Assembly (NCBI GenBank): GCA_002633005.1 | Contig: NMRA01000113.1 | Location: 562,747 to 626,746 of the forward strand | From: Phoronis australis | Taxonomy: Eukaryota > Animalia > Phoronida | Reading direction: 5' to 3' | DNA: 64,000 nt | In this document: one piece after another, positions 12,501-22,700 of the stretch | Layout: the number at the start of each line of letters is the position of its first letter | Position numbering within the stretch: the stretch's first letter is position 1 | Program-made: the position numbers and the translations under genes | The notes under the pieces: model-generated | Told to the model about the DNA's origin: nothing | Databases searched by the model: none | Seen by the model: the letters and a program-made list of their open reading frames with translations, nothing else

Positions 12501-13306
12501 ATTTGATGTCACAAATGTGTTGGTCTATAACAACACGAATATATACAAACACAAAGTCAGCTCAAAGCAGCACAGGTTGCCAGCTTCGTTAACAGATGTC
12601 GCTGAAGCCACGTTGAAAAATGTCTGTCACCCATGAGCTATCGCAAACAAAATTTGAGTAGAAAGAAGCATGGCAATAAGCGCTTATCCATGGTTGGGTT
12701 GATTTTGTCCGAATTTCACCTATGCAGATTTTACTAGTCCAAGTTTCCCCTACGCTCTGTCCAAATTTAACCCTTGGCATCCGAATTTCCCGTCTTTGAC
12801 CATTGTTATTATTCTCAAAATTCAAAGGCATTAACGCTGCGGTAGAAACGAAAGACCTCATTGGTCGATTTCTTAAAAGATTTGCAAATATTTTACGAGT
12901 CGTCAAATGTTATTAGCTGAACCATTAATCTTCAGTAGCAGGTATGCAAGTTGAGTTAGGTGGTTTTATCAGAATTTACCCGAACTTCCCCTACTAATTG
13001 ATTCACCATCTGTTTCTAAGACTAAGCCAACAGGAGCAGAGATTGTCCAAGTCAGTTTACCATGGGTATTCAGTATCTGAGGATTATCAACAATGCAACC
13101 CTTTCCCCTCAAACATGACTAAAGATTCAACTGAGCAAATTGATCAAAAACTGTTATTTAAAATTAGTACATCTTGGATAATCATTGCTAGACTTCTCAT
13201 GAGGGACCTGGATGACACGCTACTTCTTTGGAAAGTTGTGAAAGAACTGGAAAACCGTTGTCCACATGGGCTACCACTTTTTCGTACTATGTGTCATTCA
13301 CATTCA

Positions 13307-14047
13307 TGTTGGTACACAGGCGGATTTTGGGTAAGGGGGGCCAGGGGGCCCGGTCCCCAAAGACCTGCGCAACTGTTTTCGTTTTTTTAGTCCTCCGTTT
13401 GGTTTTTCAGAACCAGGTACTGACACTTGAGCCTCCCTATCTTTCAGGCTGCGTGCGTGCATCTGATCGTGCTTTGCTCGACTGCCCAGACAAAATGTTC
13501 GCCACTCTTATGATATCCTAGATCCGCCACTGTGGTATGACAAAGAACGACTTCACTGTAGCCATAATGTATGGGATAGCTATGTTTGCCAGAAGCCCTC
13601 AGCTCTTGTTTATAGTACATTATCATTATCCTTAAGCTATCCAGGAAGCATGCTCTTTACGTGTACTTCCAGGTATCCATCATTCTTTCAATAAAGGTTT
13701 GAAACGAAATGACGAATGTTTATATACCATTGAGACCTACTTCTACCGACTCAACACTCGCAGCCATGCCAATAACTCAGTGCCCTGTTGAGGGGTGTCC
13801 CTACACTACGCCTAACGTCGATCCTGCTATTGTGGCTGCCCTGCTGATGACACATGCTACAAGACACACGTTACCAGCCCCCAGTAAACTCTACATTCAC
13901 ACTGTACCTGCTGAAAAGGTTTTACGACCTCACATCACCTAAGCCGGAACCAGTGAAGACTGGCAATACTTGCTCACACGCTGGTCAGATTATGTCACAG
14001 CAACCAATATCTCAGGCAAGGACCACATTATACAATTTCTGGAATGT
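13307..14047 (+). mobile_element. LTR retrotransposon 5' relic: probable LTR (interrupted by MITE) and Gypsy-type gag N-terminus
   Basis: TGTTGGTAT...AATAAA(13690)...ATACCA(13729). ATG at 13766: MPITQCPVEGCPYTT...AALLMTHATRH...RPHIT*AGTSEDWQYLLTRWSDY...IIQFLEC. No clear PBS. Confidence 0.6.
13315..13532. mobile_element. MITE with GC-rich CA-starting TIRs and 5-bp TSD
   Basis: CACAGGCGGATT...GATCCGCCACTG, flanked by TGGTA at 13310-13314 and 13533-13537. Confidence 0.75.
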
Positions 14048-14377
14048 TTCTAACCAGATTCAAAGAACACCAGAAATTGGACAGACCCACAGCTGCGGGG
14101 GAACAAATATGGTGACTGGACATTCCATCTCCCTTGAATCATCTAAGATCTTAGCCAAAGAACAGAATTGGTATGCTCGCAAGTTAAAAGAATCCATAAA
14201 TGTCAGCTCTCAGCGCCGTCGCTTGAACCGGGACCCTGGTCTACACTTACCTCCCGTGTATTCTAACATAGTTAATCAGCGAAAGGCGGGAAACCTCTCA
14301 CTCATCGAAAAAGGCCTAGCGGACCAGGACGAAACGTCTAACCAACAAATCCACTTCGTGCACCATGTCCAACCAAT
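14048..14377 (+). mobile_element. Penelope-like element: GIY-YIG C-terminus and pLTR relic
   Basis: GHSISLESSKILAKEQNWYARKLKESINV...LNRDPGLHLPPVY, followed by a degenerate hammerhead-like AAAGGCC...GACGAAACGTC. Confidence 0.8.
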
Positions 14378-14467
14378 CAATAACAGGTTATGGCTCCAGG
14401 AAGTGCTTACTGTTTGATGGCGATGAAAGAAAGTTTGACTTCTGGCAGGTGTGTTTCTTGGGACACG
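14378..14467 (+). mobile_element. Copia-type PBS and gag start
   Basis: ...ATAACA|GGTTATGGCTCCAG resembles the Copia PBS GGTTATGGGCCCAG; then LLFDGDERKFDFWQVCFLGH. Confidence 0.65.
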
Positions 14468-15489
14468 AGACAAACAACCACAAAGGTCCTTTTGTCCTGA
14501 ACGTTTCCAACTGTTACCAAAGTACATGGATGCAGCCAAGAAAGTAGAAAATTTTGCTCCACCATTGCAGCACGAAACCAAAGTACGGGCACAACTTGCG
14601 GCCCTGAGACTAGGACGACAGCAATGGCAATGACTGCCGTGGCCACTCTGGCTTCACAGACTGTGCCTCCTGGACATCCTGCCTCTCCGAACCAAAGATC
14701 AGCCACGAATTGCTGCCCCCAAGACGATTACCACACCAACTCCAATGGGTGGTGCATTCAGTGTTATGGGAACTGTGGGATCCGAGTCATCAGTGGTCAC
14801 AGTGGACTATGGTCACGTCCCACACCCTCTAAAACGAACCATTTTCGAACCAACTGAGGACATTATTCGCGAACCAAAGCACTGTAAGTATAGGCGCCAA
14901 AATGAATCCTAAAATTTGAAATGATTAAGCATTTAAATTCATTTTTAAGTGAAACAAGTGTAATATTTTTATTCAGAAATGCTTTGGACTTGAAATGGAA
15001 TGGGCTCCTTTGAAGCTGTGATTAACTCACGTTGTGTCGAAATAAATCTTGATTTAGACCCCTTACCAGCAATTACTTTAATTGGATAACTTATGTGAAT
15101 ATGTTAATTAACAAAATAAGAAGTGCCCACAGAGGATGAAGGACTGTGCTGCAAGAAAGTATTCCCAAACTGCATAAGTCTCTTGGACGTACGTATCGAC
15201 AGCATTAGATAGTTTATTTACAAATGCACATCAATTTAATCACATTTGTAAGGGAAGTCACATAGTTATGAACAGATAGCGGCCTGCCTTTACTTGCAGC
15301 TTCTCAAAATTCTTTGTTACAAATTCTCTTGTTGTTTATTAGAGTAATCTGCCTGGTTAGAGCCCCCATCTGATTGAACTTCGCTTTCAAAGCCCATCAT
15401 AAAATATTGTAGAGGTAAGGGCCAACCTCCAACTTTTGGGGTTCTTCCAATTTGAGGGCACTGGGCATTGACAGGGAAATTACGGTATT

Positions 15490-15990
15490 TGAATTATGGA
15501 AGTATTCACAACCTGCACACCAGAAAATTCTCAGCGTTACATTTTCATACAGAGACGCCTCTGTGACAGGTTGAAAGAACATTACACCTCAGAGAAAAGT
15601 AACATATACAGGCATTGTATTAGCTACAATCACCAAGCCAACTCTGTTAGAATTATCTGCAGAGAGCCTAATAAGGAGTTACTGTATATTAAAGAGTCAT
15701 TGGCCATTCAGAACCAGCATGCCACTGATTCTCTGAGTAACATGCAAAGCTCTGTGACCCTGCAGCTATGGTGATGACCAGCTACTGACCATATTCTATG
15801 TATCTCTCACTTCACTTTATGGATGTTACCTGAGCTGTATGTTGGCACTTGTTGTCCTAAATTATAGTAAGTATGATCCTGATGATGTCTAATGAAAAGA
15901 CGAAACGTTGAATTGAACATGTACTTTTTTATTTGTGCGACGATCGTCCGGTTTTTGAACATTTTCATATGCATTTATCTTCTATTATTT
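15490..15990 (+). mobile_element. Penelope-like GIY-YIG C-terminus and pLTR (copy 2 at ~20180-20680)
   Basis: RRLCDRLKEH...SNIYRHC...IICREPNKELLYIKESLAI...SSVTLQLW, followed by a hammerhead core. Confidence 0.8.
15871..15915 (+). ncRNA. Minimal type I hammerhead ribozyme motif in Penelope pLTR (copy 2 at ~20565-20609)
   Basis: CTGATGA-T-GTCT(aatgaaa)AGAC-GAAAC-GTT, with palindromic AACGTT as stem III. Stem I is weak. Confidence 0.6.
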
Positions 15991-15995
15991 TTAGG

Positions 15996-16250
15996 ACATG
16001 GAGTACCTAGTGCTCAATGAGGCTGTGTTAGCTTTAGCGCTTACTACAGAAACATGTTGGCCTTCCAAGATGGCGAGAGCTATAACAAGACAAACAGGCA
16101 CCAAGCATATTGACAGTATACATTGTGGGGTTTTGGCAGGATTAGTACAGAACAAAGAGAAGTTGTCGCTAGTTGCTGTGTCTGGCGCATCAGGGACAAG
16201 TTTCCTGATCTGTTTGCTCTGTACAAAGGTTTTGTATCACACCGCGATCA
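15996..16250 (+). mobile_element. KolobokP accessory protein fragment (P2X7 ballast-like His-Me nuclease); copy 2 at ~20687-20940
   Basis: LVLNEAVL...RHQAY*QYTLWGFGRISTEQREVVASCCVWRIRDKFPDLFALYKGF matches the RxxAYRQ...PSC..IR..FP....Y.GF pattern. Confidence 0.8.
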
Positions 16251-16417
16251 TTTCATAATATGAACGTCATTTTCTGAATACACGCCCATGGGCATATTTA
16301 CGGAAATTCCCGTAGTTTACCTATCTGTTAGGATTAGTATAGGCCAAGTATCACCAGTGTTTTCTGTAGGCATGGGGATTGTGGTGAATGAATATGAATG
16401 TTTCACAGGAAGTTCAG

Positions 16418-17100
16418 GAGTACAGCTGAAGTGGTGAACTTCAATCAGTTAGTGCTTATGTATGTTGGAAAGAGGTTTGCTTATGGGCCACCGGCATACA
16501 GAGCCAGAAAACTTTTGGCACCTCTAGACTATAATGCCCATATTGACAGGGATGTCTTGCTCAACAAGAATGGAACCATCAGGTAATAAAAAGGTTACAT
16601 TTGTATCACTTTTATGTTTACTGTAGTCGAAAATGTAATTTGCTCAGTCACATTGTGTTCCCCTTAGTGCAATTTGATGCTGTGGGATGATTAAGTAAAA
16701 ATTATTATTTTAAAATGGGACACTGAGATTGGCTGTTCTGCTTAGTCTAACAAGATTGTTGACAAGTTTTTATGTTATGTTTGATTAAAATATGAACTAG
16801 ACAAGTCTTTTTTGTATTCTTTGAAGATATGCTAGCAAGTTTAATAAGAAATCCGGGCGTTACACTGTTCACCCGGTAAAGGTGGCAAAGACCTATCCTA
16901 ACATCAGGCCATTGATGGTGGCGATAGTCAAAAGGCGATTAAAAGACAACTTGGGGAGGTATAGAAGAGTATTTATTCCATTTAATGACCCGTGGACCAT
17001 CACTCCTTCTGTCAGTGGTGTCACACCATCACCTACTTATGTCTTACAAGACGAGAAAGTCTCAAGATTCCAGTTGTGGGCTTGTCTGCATATGAAATAG
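16418..17100 (+). mobile_element. Kolobok(P) DDE transposase C-terminal fragment, two exons; copy 2 at ~21155-21627
   Basis: TAEVVNFNQLVLMYVGKRFAYGPPAYRARKLLAPLDYNAH...|YASKFNKKSGRYTVHPVKVAKTYP. The expected catalytic E position reads V. Confidence 0.75.
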
Positions 17101-17269
17101 AGCCCCACGTGTAACAACAAGAGCACCGCGAAGCAGTGAAATGCGCCCACGAATGCATTGCAAATGGTAAGCTTTTAGGGTTATTTATTTGTATCATAAA
17201 AATGACCACTAGATGGCGCAAAAAGTACAATCCATCCAAAAATGGGAACATGCCATATTTCATAAAAAT

Positions 17270-18385
17270 GTGTCAAGGAACGTCAGAGAAACAAAGGAAA
17301 ACAGAATAAAATGAAATTGTCACTATTGGGAAGGAAAAAGATGCTTTAAGAAAGCGAATGAAGCGACTGGACCATAAATGTAGGGCAGCAGAGAATGCAC
17401 GCCAAGTTGAAATTAGCAAAACCAGAGACACAATCACTCAAGCTGAAAACAGACTGACACTTTACAGAAAAGACTTCAGTGAAAGGACCAAAGGAGATGG
17501 AAGGAAACGTGAAATGCAATCAAATCCTGTTTATAGAGCGAATGAAAATATGCGTTGGACTTTAAGCAAATGAAAGTTGAGACCAGATGTTGCTCATCAA
17601 GCAAAAGAGAATGAACAAAGAGGTGACACTAGAAAAAAAACGTTCAAACCCTGTGTCTAGAGCTAAAGAAAATGTGCGGGGCACTTTAAGCAAAAGGAAG
17701 TTGCGCTCACATGATGTTCAGAAAGCAAAGGAAAATGAACAAAGAAATGAGATGAGAAAACAAAAGCAATTAAGTTGTGATTACAGAAATTGGGAAAACA
17801 AAAGAGAAGCAACAAGAAAATCATTGAAGCGTGCATGTGACAGGGAACAAGTGTTTGAAGATGATGAACTTGTAAAAAGATTTCATGAAATGATTAAAAA
17901 TGGTCCTAAGTATGTGTGTAGTTGTTATGATCAAACTTGGTTTAGACATAGTGTAAGTAAGACAGTGAAAGGGAATAATAAGACTGCAATTGAGTGTTTG
18001 CCACTGGAGCAAACTGATGAGGAATACGTGTGTAATACATTTCATAGCTACTTAGTGCAAGATAAGATACCACCATGTGCAATGTTGAATGATATGAGAT
18101 TTCACTAGAAACCAGAAGATATATGTGAGCTGTACCCATTAGAGTGGAGACTTCTGTCACCTCGGATTCATTTTATGAAGATGTATGCTGCTCCAAGGGG
18201 TAATCAGAAGAAAATCAGAGGAAATGTAGTAACTGTACCAGCAAATGTTTGTAATACTATTAATGTACTTCCAAGAGCTCCTGATGATACTATGACAATT
18301 GCAGCTAATATGAAAAGACAACTGACATACAAGCATGTTGAAACGACTGAAAATATACCCCATAATAAGATTGTTGAAATGGCAG
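17270..18385 (+). mobile_element. Helitron/Helentron RepHel N-terminal fragment (basic repeats + DUF6570-like); copy 2 at ~21800-22950
   Basis: FHEMIKNGPKYVCSCYDQTWF...IPPCAMLN...LEWRLLSPRI.FMK...Q.KIRGNVVTVP...LPR...MKRQLTYK. Confidence 0.85.
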
Positions 18386-18389
18386 GAAA

Positions 18390-19395
18390 AGAATGGGGGA
18401 ATTGTATACATGAGAAGGCATTGTGTTTAATGTACACAGGAGTGATGAAAACAATGAAACACACCCCAGCAAGTTCCAAAACTGGCCTCAGCTATTTAAG
18501 CAGGGACAACTTAGAGGAATGGTGAACAAACATAAAACACAATGAAAAAATGGAAAAACGAAACTACAAGTGGCTGACAGACCGAATAAATAAAGCAATA
18601 ACAGAGGAGAGCATGGAGATATCGGAGGAGGTTCACCAATGTCTCAAAACGATACTCTCTGAAAATGAGGCACAGCTAACAGACAAAATTGAGAAAGACT
18701 CTGTGCAAATGCTGTTGTGGAAGGAACAGAAAAAAATGTTGATCTGCAAAACAGCAAGAACATGAAATGGCATCCTATGATGCTAAAGTGGTGCCTACAG
18801 TTAAAAAGCTCTCAAAGGTAGCATATGATTTAATAAAAAATTCAGGCTTTCTATTTTTGCTATCCACAACAACATTGTTCAATTATGTGCACCACATGTC
18901 ATTGGACACTGGAGTGAAAGATGTGAAATTTTTGTCCTAGCAATTAAAGAGCATTAACTTTGACTCTTTGCCGGAGCACACACGAAATGTTGTGCTGATT
19001 TTTGATGAAATGAAAATAAAGGCAGACCTAGTGTATTCAAAGGCCACGGGAAAAGTGATTGGTCAGTGCAACACAGGCTTAGTTAATGAACAGTTGACTG
19101 CGTTTGCTGCTAATATTGAGAGCGGTGAGGTCTTGCCTCAGCTTGCTACAAGCGTGTTGCTATGCATGGCACAGGGTATAATAGACTGATTCGTACTGTT
19201 TTTGCGTTGCCCACTATCCATGAATTGGTTTTAACTCAGACCAAGTTTATCCTGATGTGTGGGAATGTGTGCGTGCTGTGGAAACCAATGGTTTAAAGGT
19301 TAGAGCTACAGTTTGTGATGGAGCTACAACAAACCGGCATTTTTATCATATACACAAGCTACCAACAGATGCACAGAATGCTGTTGTTTATAGAA
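18390..19395 (+). mobile_element. P-element/THAP9-like transposase fragment; copy 2 at ~22955-23965
   Basis: MKWHPMMLKWCL...AYDLIKNSGFL...VVLIFDEMKIKADLVY...LATSVL...AHYP...LKVRATVSDGATTNRHF. Confidence 0.85.
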
Positions 19396-19397
19396 CA

Positions 19398-19778
19398 TTC
19401 GTAATATATGAGTATTAGATACATTTGGTAATGAAAGGATAAAGCAAAATTATAAACCGAGCAAAGTAATTTATGGAAATGCAGACTTGATGAGTAAAGA
19501 ATCGGTGTGTATTCCAGCTCACTTTGCCGATCACTGAGCTTTAGTAATTGTTTTCGTTGATTCAAAAATGGTTAAGTTCTACGACTCTCTACTGAATGAA
19601 GGTCAAGCTATGATTTGTTTGCAAAAGATAAAGCAGTTTATTCATGCGATTCAACATCAGCAAGATGAGGAATGGAGCATATGTATTGAAAGAAGAGCAA
19701 CACAACATAGTAATTCATCAGACTGAGGTGTCTATGTTTGCATATATGTAGATCTGGTTCTAAGAGGAAATGGATAGT
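19398..19778 (+). pseudogene. Ulp1/SENP (C48) protease fragment; copy 2 truncated at 23966-24055
   Basis: CIPAHFADH*ALVIV...KFYDSL...TQHSNSSD*GVYVC. The HW, YDS and Q..N..DCG motifs are present, with W and C mutated to TGA. Confidence 0.8.
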
Positions 19779-22700
19779 TGTGTGAAAATGTTAATTAACA
19801 AATAAGAAGTGCCCACAGAGGATGAAAGACTGTGCTGCAAGAAAGCATTCCCAAACTGCATAAGTATCTTGGACGTACGTATGGACAGCATTAGATAGTA
19901 TATTTACACATGCACAACAATTTAATCACATTTGTAAGGGAAGTCACATAGTTATGAACAACAAAGAGATAGCGGCCTGCCTTTACTTGCAGTTTCTCAA
20001 AATTCTTTGTTACAAATTCTCTTGTTGTTTATTAGAGTAATCTGCCTGGTTAGAGCCCCCATCTGATTGAACTTCGCTTTCAAAGCCCATTATAAAATAT
20101 TGTTGAGGTAAGGGCACACCTCCAATTTTTGGGAACCTTCCAATTTGAGGGCCCTGGACACTGACAGGGAGATTACGGTATTTGAATTATGGAAATATTC
20201 ACAACCTGCACACCAGAAAATTCTCAGTGTTACATGTTCATACAGAGACGACTCTGTGACAGGTAGAAAGAACATCACACCTCAGAGAACAGTAACATAC
20301 ATAGGCATTGTATTAGCTACAATCACCAAGCCAACTCTTGTTAGTATTATCTGCAGAGAACCTAATAAGGAGTTACTGTATATTAAAGAGTCATTGGCCA
20401 TTTAGAACCATCATGCCACTGATTCTCTGAATAACATGCAAAGCTCTGTGACCCTGCAGCTATGGTGATGACCAGCTACTGACCATATTCTATGTATCTC
20501 TCACTTCACTTTATGGATGTTACCTGAGCTGTATGTTGGCACTTGTTGTCCTAAATTATTGTAAGTATGATCCTGATGATGTCTAATGAAAAGACGAAAC
20601 GTTGAATTGAACATGAACTTTTTTATTTGTGCGGGGATCGTCCTGTCTTTGAACATTTTCATATGCATTTAACTTTATTATTTTTAGGACATGGAGTACC
20701 TAGTGCTCAATGAGGCTGTGTTAGCTTTAGCGCTGCACTACAGAAACGTGTTGGCCTTCCACGATAGCGAGAACTATAACAAGACAAACAGGCACCAAGC
20801 ATATTGACAGTATACATTGTGGGGTTTTGGTAGGCTCAGTACAGAACAAAGAAAAGTTGTCCCTAGTTGCTGTGTCTGGCGCATCAGGGTCAAGTTTCCT
20901 GATCTGTTTGCTCTGTACAAAGGTTTTGTATCACACCGCGACCATTTCATGTTATGAATGTCATTTTCTGAATACAAGCCCATGGGCATGTTTTCGGAAA
21001 TTCCCGTAGTTTACCGATCTGTTAGGATTAGTATAGGCCAAGTATCACCAGACACCGAGTGTTTTCTGTAGGCATGGGGATTGTGGTGAATGAATATGAA
21101 TGTTTCACAGGAAGTTCAATAATGCCCTAATTTTTTTCATCTTATTTCTTTCAGGAGTACAGCTGAAGTGGTGAACTTCAATCTGCTAGTATTTATGTAT
21201 GTTGGAAAGAGGTTTGCCCATGGGCCACGGGCATACAGAGCCAGAAACCTTTTGGCAGCTCTAGACAACAATGCCCATATTGACAGGGATGTCTTGGCTC
21301 AACAAGAATGGAACCATCAGGTAATAAAAAGGTTACATTTGTATTCTTTGAAGGTATGCTAGCAAGTTTAATAAGAAATCCGGGTGTTACACTGTTCACC
21401 AGGTAAAGGTGGCAAAGACCTATCCTAACATCAGGCCATTGACGGTGGCGATAGTCAAAAGGCAATTACAAGACAACTTGGGGATGCATAGAAGAGTACC
21501 TATTTCATTTGATGACCCGTGGACCATCGCTCCTTCTGTCAGTGGTGTCACACCATCACCTACAGATGTTATACAAGACGAGAAAGTCTCAAGATTCCAG
21601 TTGTGGGCTTGTCTGCAAATGAAATAGAGCCCCACGTGTAACAACAAGAGCACCGCGGAGCAGTGAAATGCGCCCACGAATGCATTGCAAATGGTATGCT
21701 TTTAAGGTTATTTATTTGCATCATAAAAATGGCCACTAGATGGCACAAAAAAGTACAATGCATCCAAAAATGAGAACACGCCATATTTCATAAAAATGTG
21801 TCAAGGAACTTCAGAGAAACAAAGGAAAACAGAATAAAATGAAATTGTCACTAGTGGGAAGGAAAAAGATGCTTTAAAAAAGCGACTGAAGCGACTGGAC
21901 CATAAATGTAGAGCAGCAGAGAATGCACGCCGAGTTGAAAACAGGCTTAGTGACACTTTACAGAAAAGACTTCAGTGAAAGGATGAAGGCTAATCAGCAA
22001 ATGAAATTAAATGTAAAAGCAAACGAAAGTTGAGATCAGATGTTACTCATCAAGCAAAAAAGAATGAACAAAGCGATGAGACCAGAAAAAGAAAAAACTC
22101 AGATCCTGTTTATAGAGTTAAGGAAAATATGCCAAGCACTTTTAGCAAACAAAAGGTGAGATCAGATGATGTTCAGAAAATGAAAGAGAATGAGTGAAGA
22201 TGTGAAATGCGAACAGATCCTGATTACAGACCTAATGAAAATGTGCGGAGCAAATGGAAGTTGCGCTCTGATGATGTTCAGAAAGCAAAAGAAAATGAAC
22301 AAAGAAATGAGATGAGAAAACAAAAGCGATTAAGTTGTGATTACAGAAATTGGGAAAACAAAAGAGAAGCAACAAGAAAATCATTGAAGCGTGCATGTGA
22401 CAGGGAACAAGTGTTTGAAGACGATGAACTTGTAAAAAGATTTCATGAAATGATTAAAAATGGTCCTACGTATGTGTGTAGTTGTTATGATCAAACTTGG
22501 TTTAGACATAGTGTAAGGCGAAGACAGTGAAAGGGAATAATAAGACTGCAATTGAGAGTTTGCCACTGGAGCAAACTGATGAGGAATACGTGAGTGATAC
22601 ATTTCATAGCTACTTAGTGCAAGATAAGATACCACCATGTGCAATGTTGAATGATATGAGATTTCACAAGAAACCAGAAGATATATGTGATCTGTACCCA

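Larger units (their letters stand above)
11834..12994. mobile_element. TIR-bounded non-autonomous DNA element (pogo/Tc1-like ends)
   Basis: GTAGGGGTAGTTCGGGGAAA (11834) is the imperfect inverse of TTTACCCGAACTTCCCCTAC (ends 12994, followed by TA). Internal TCCGAATTT/AAATTCGGA repeats. Confidence 0.6.
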
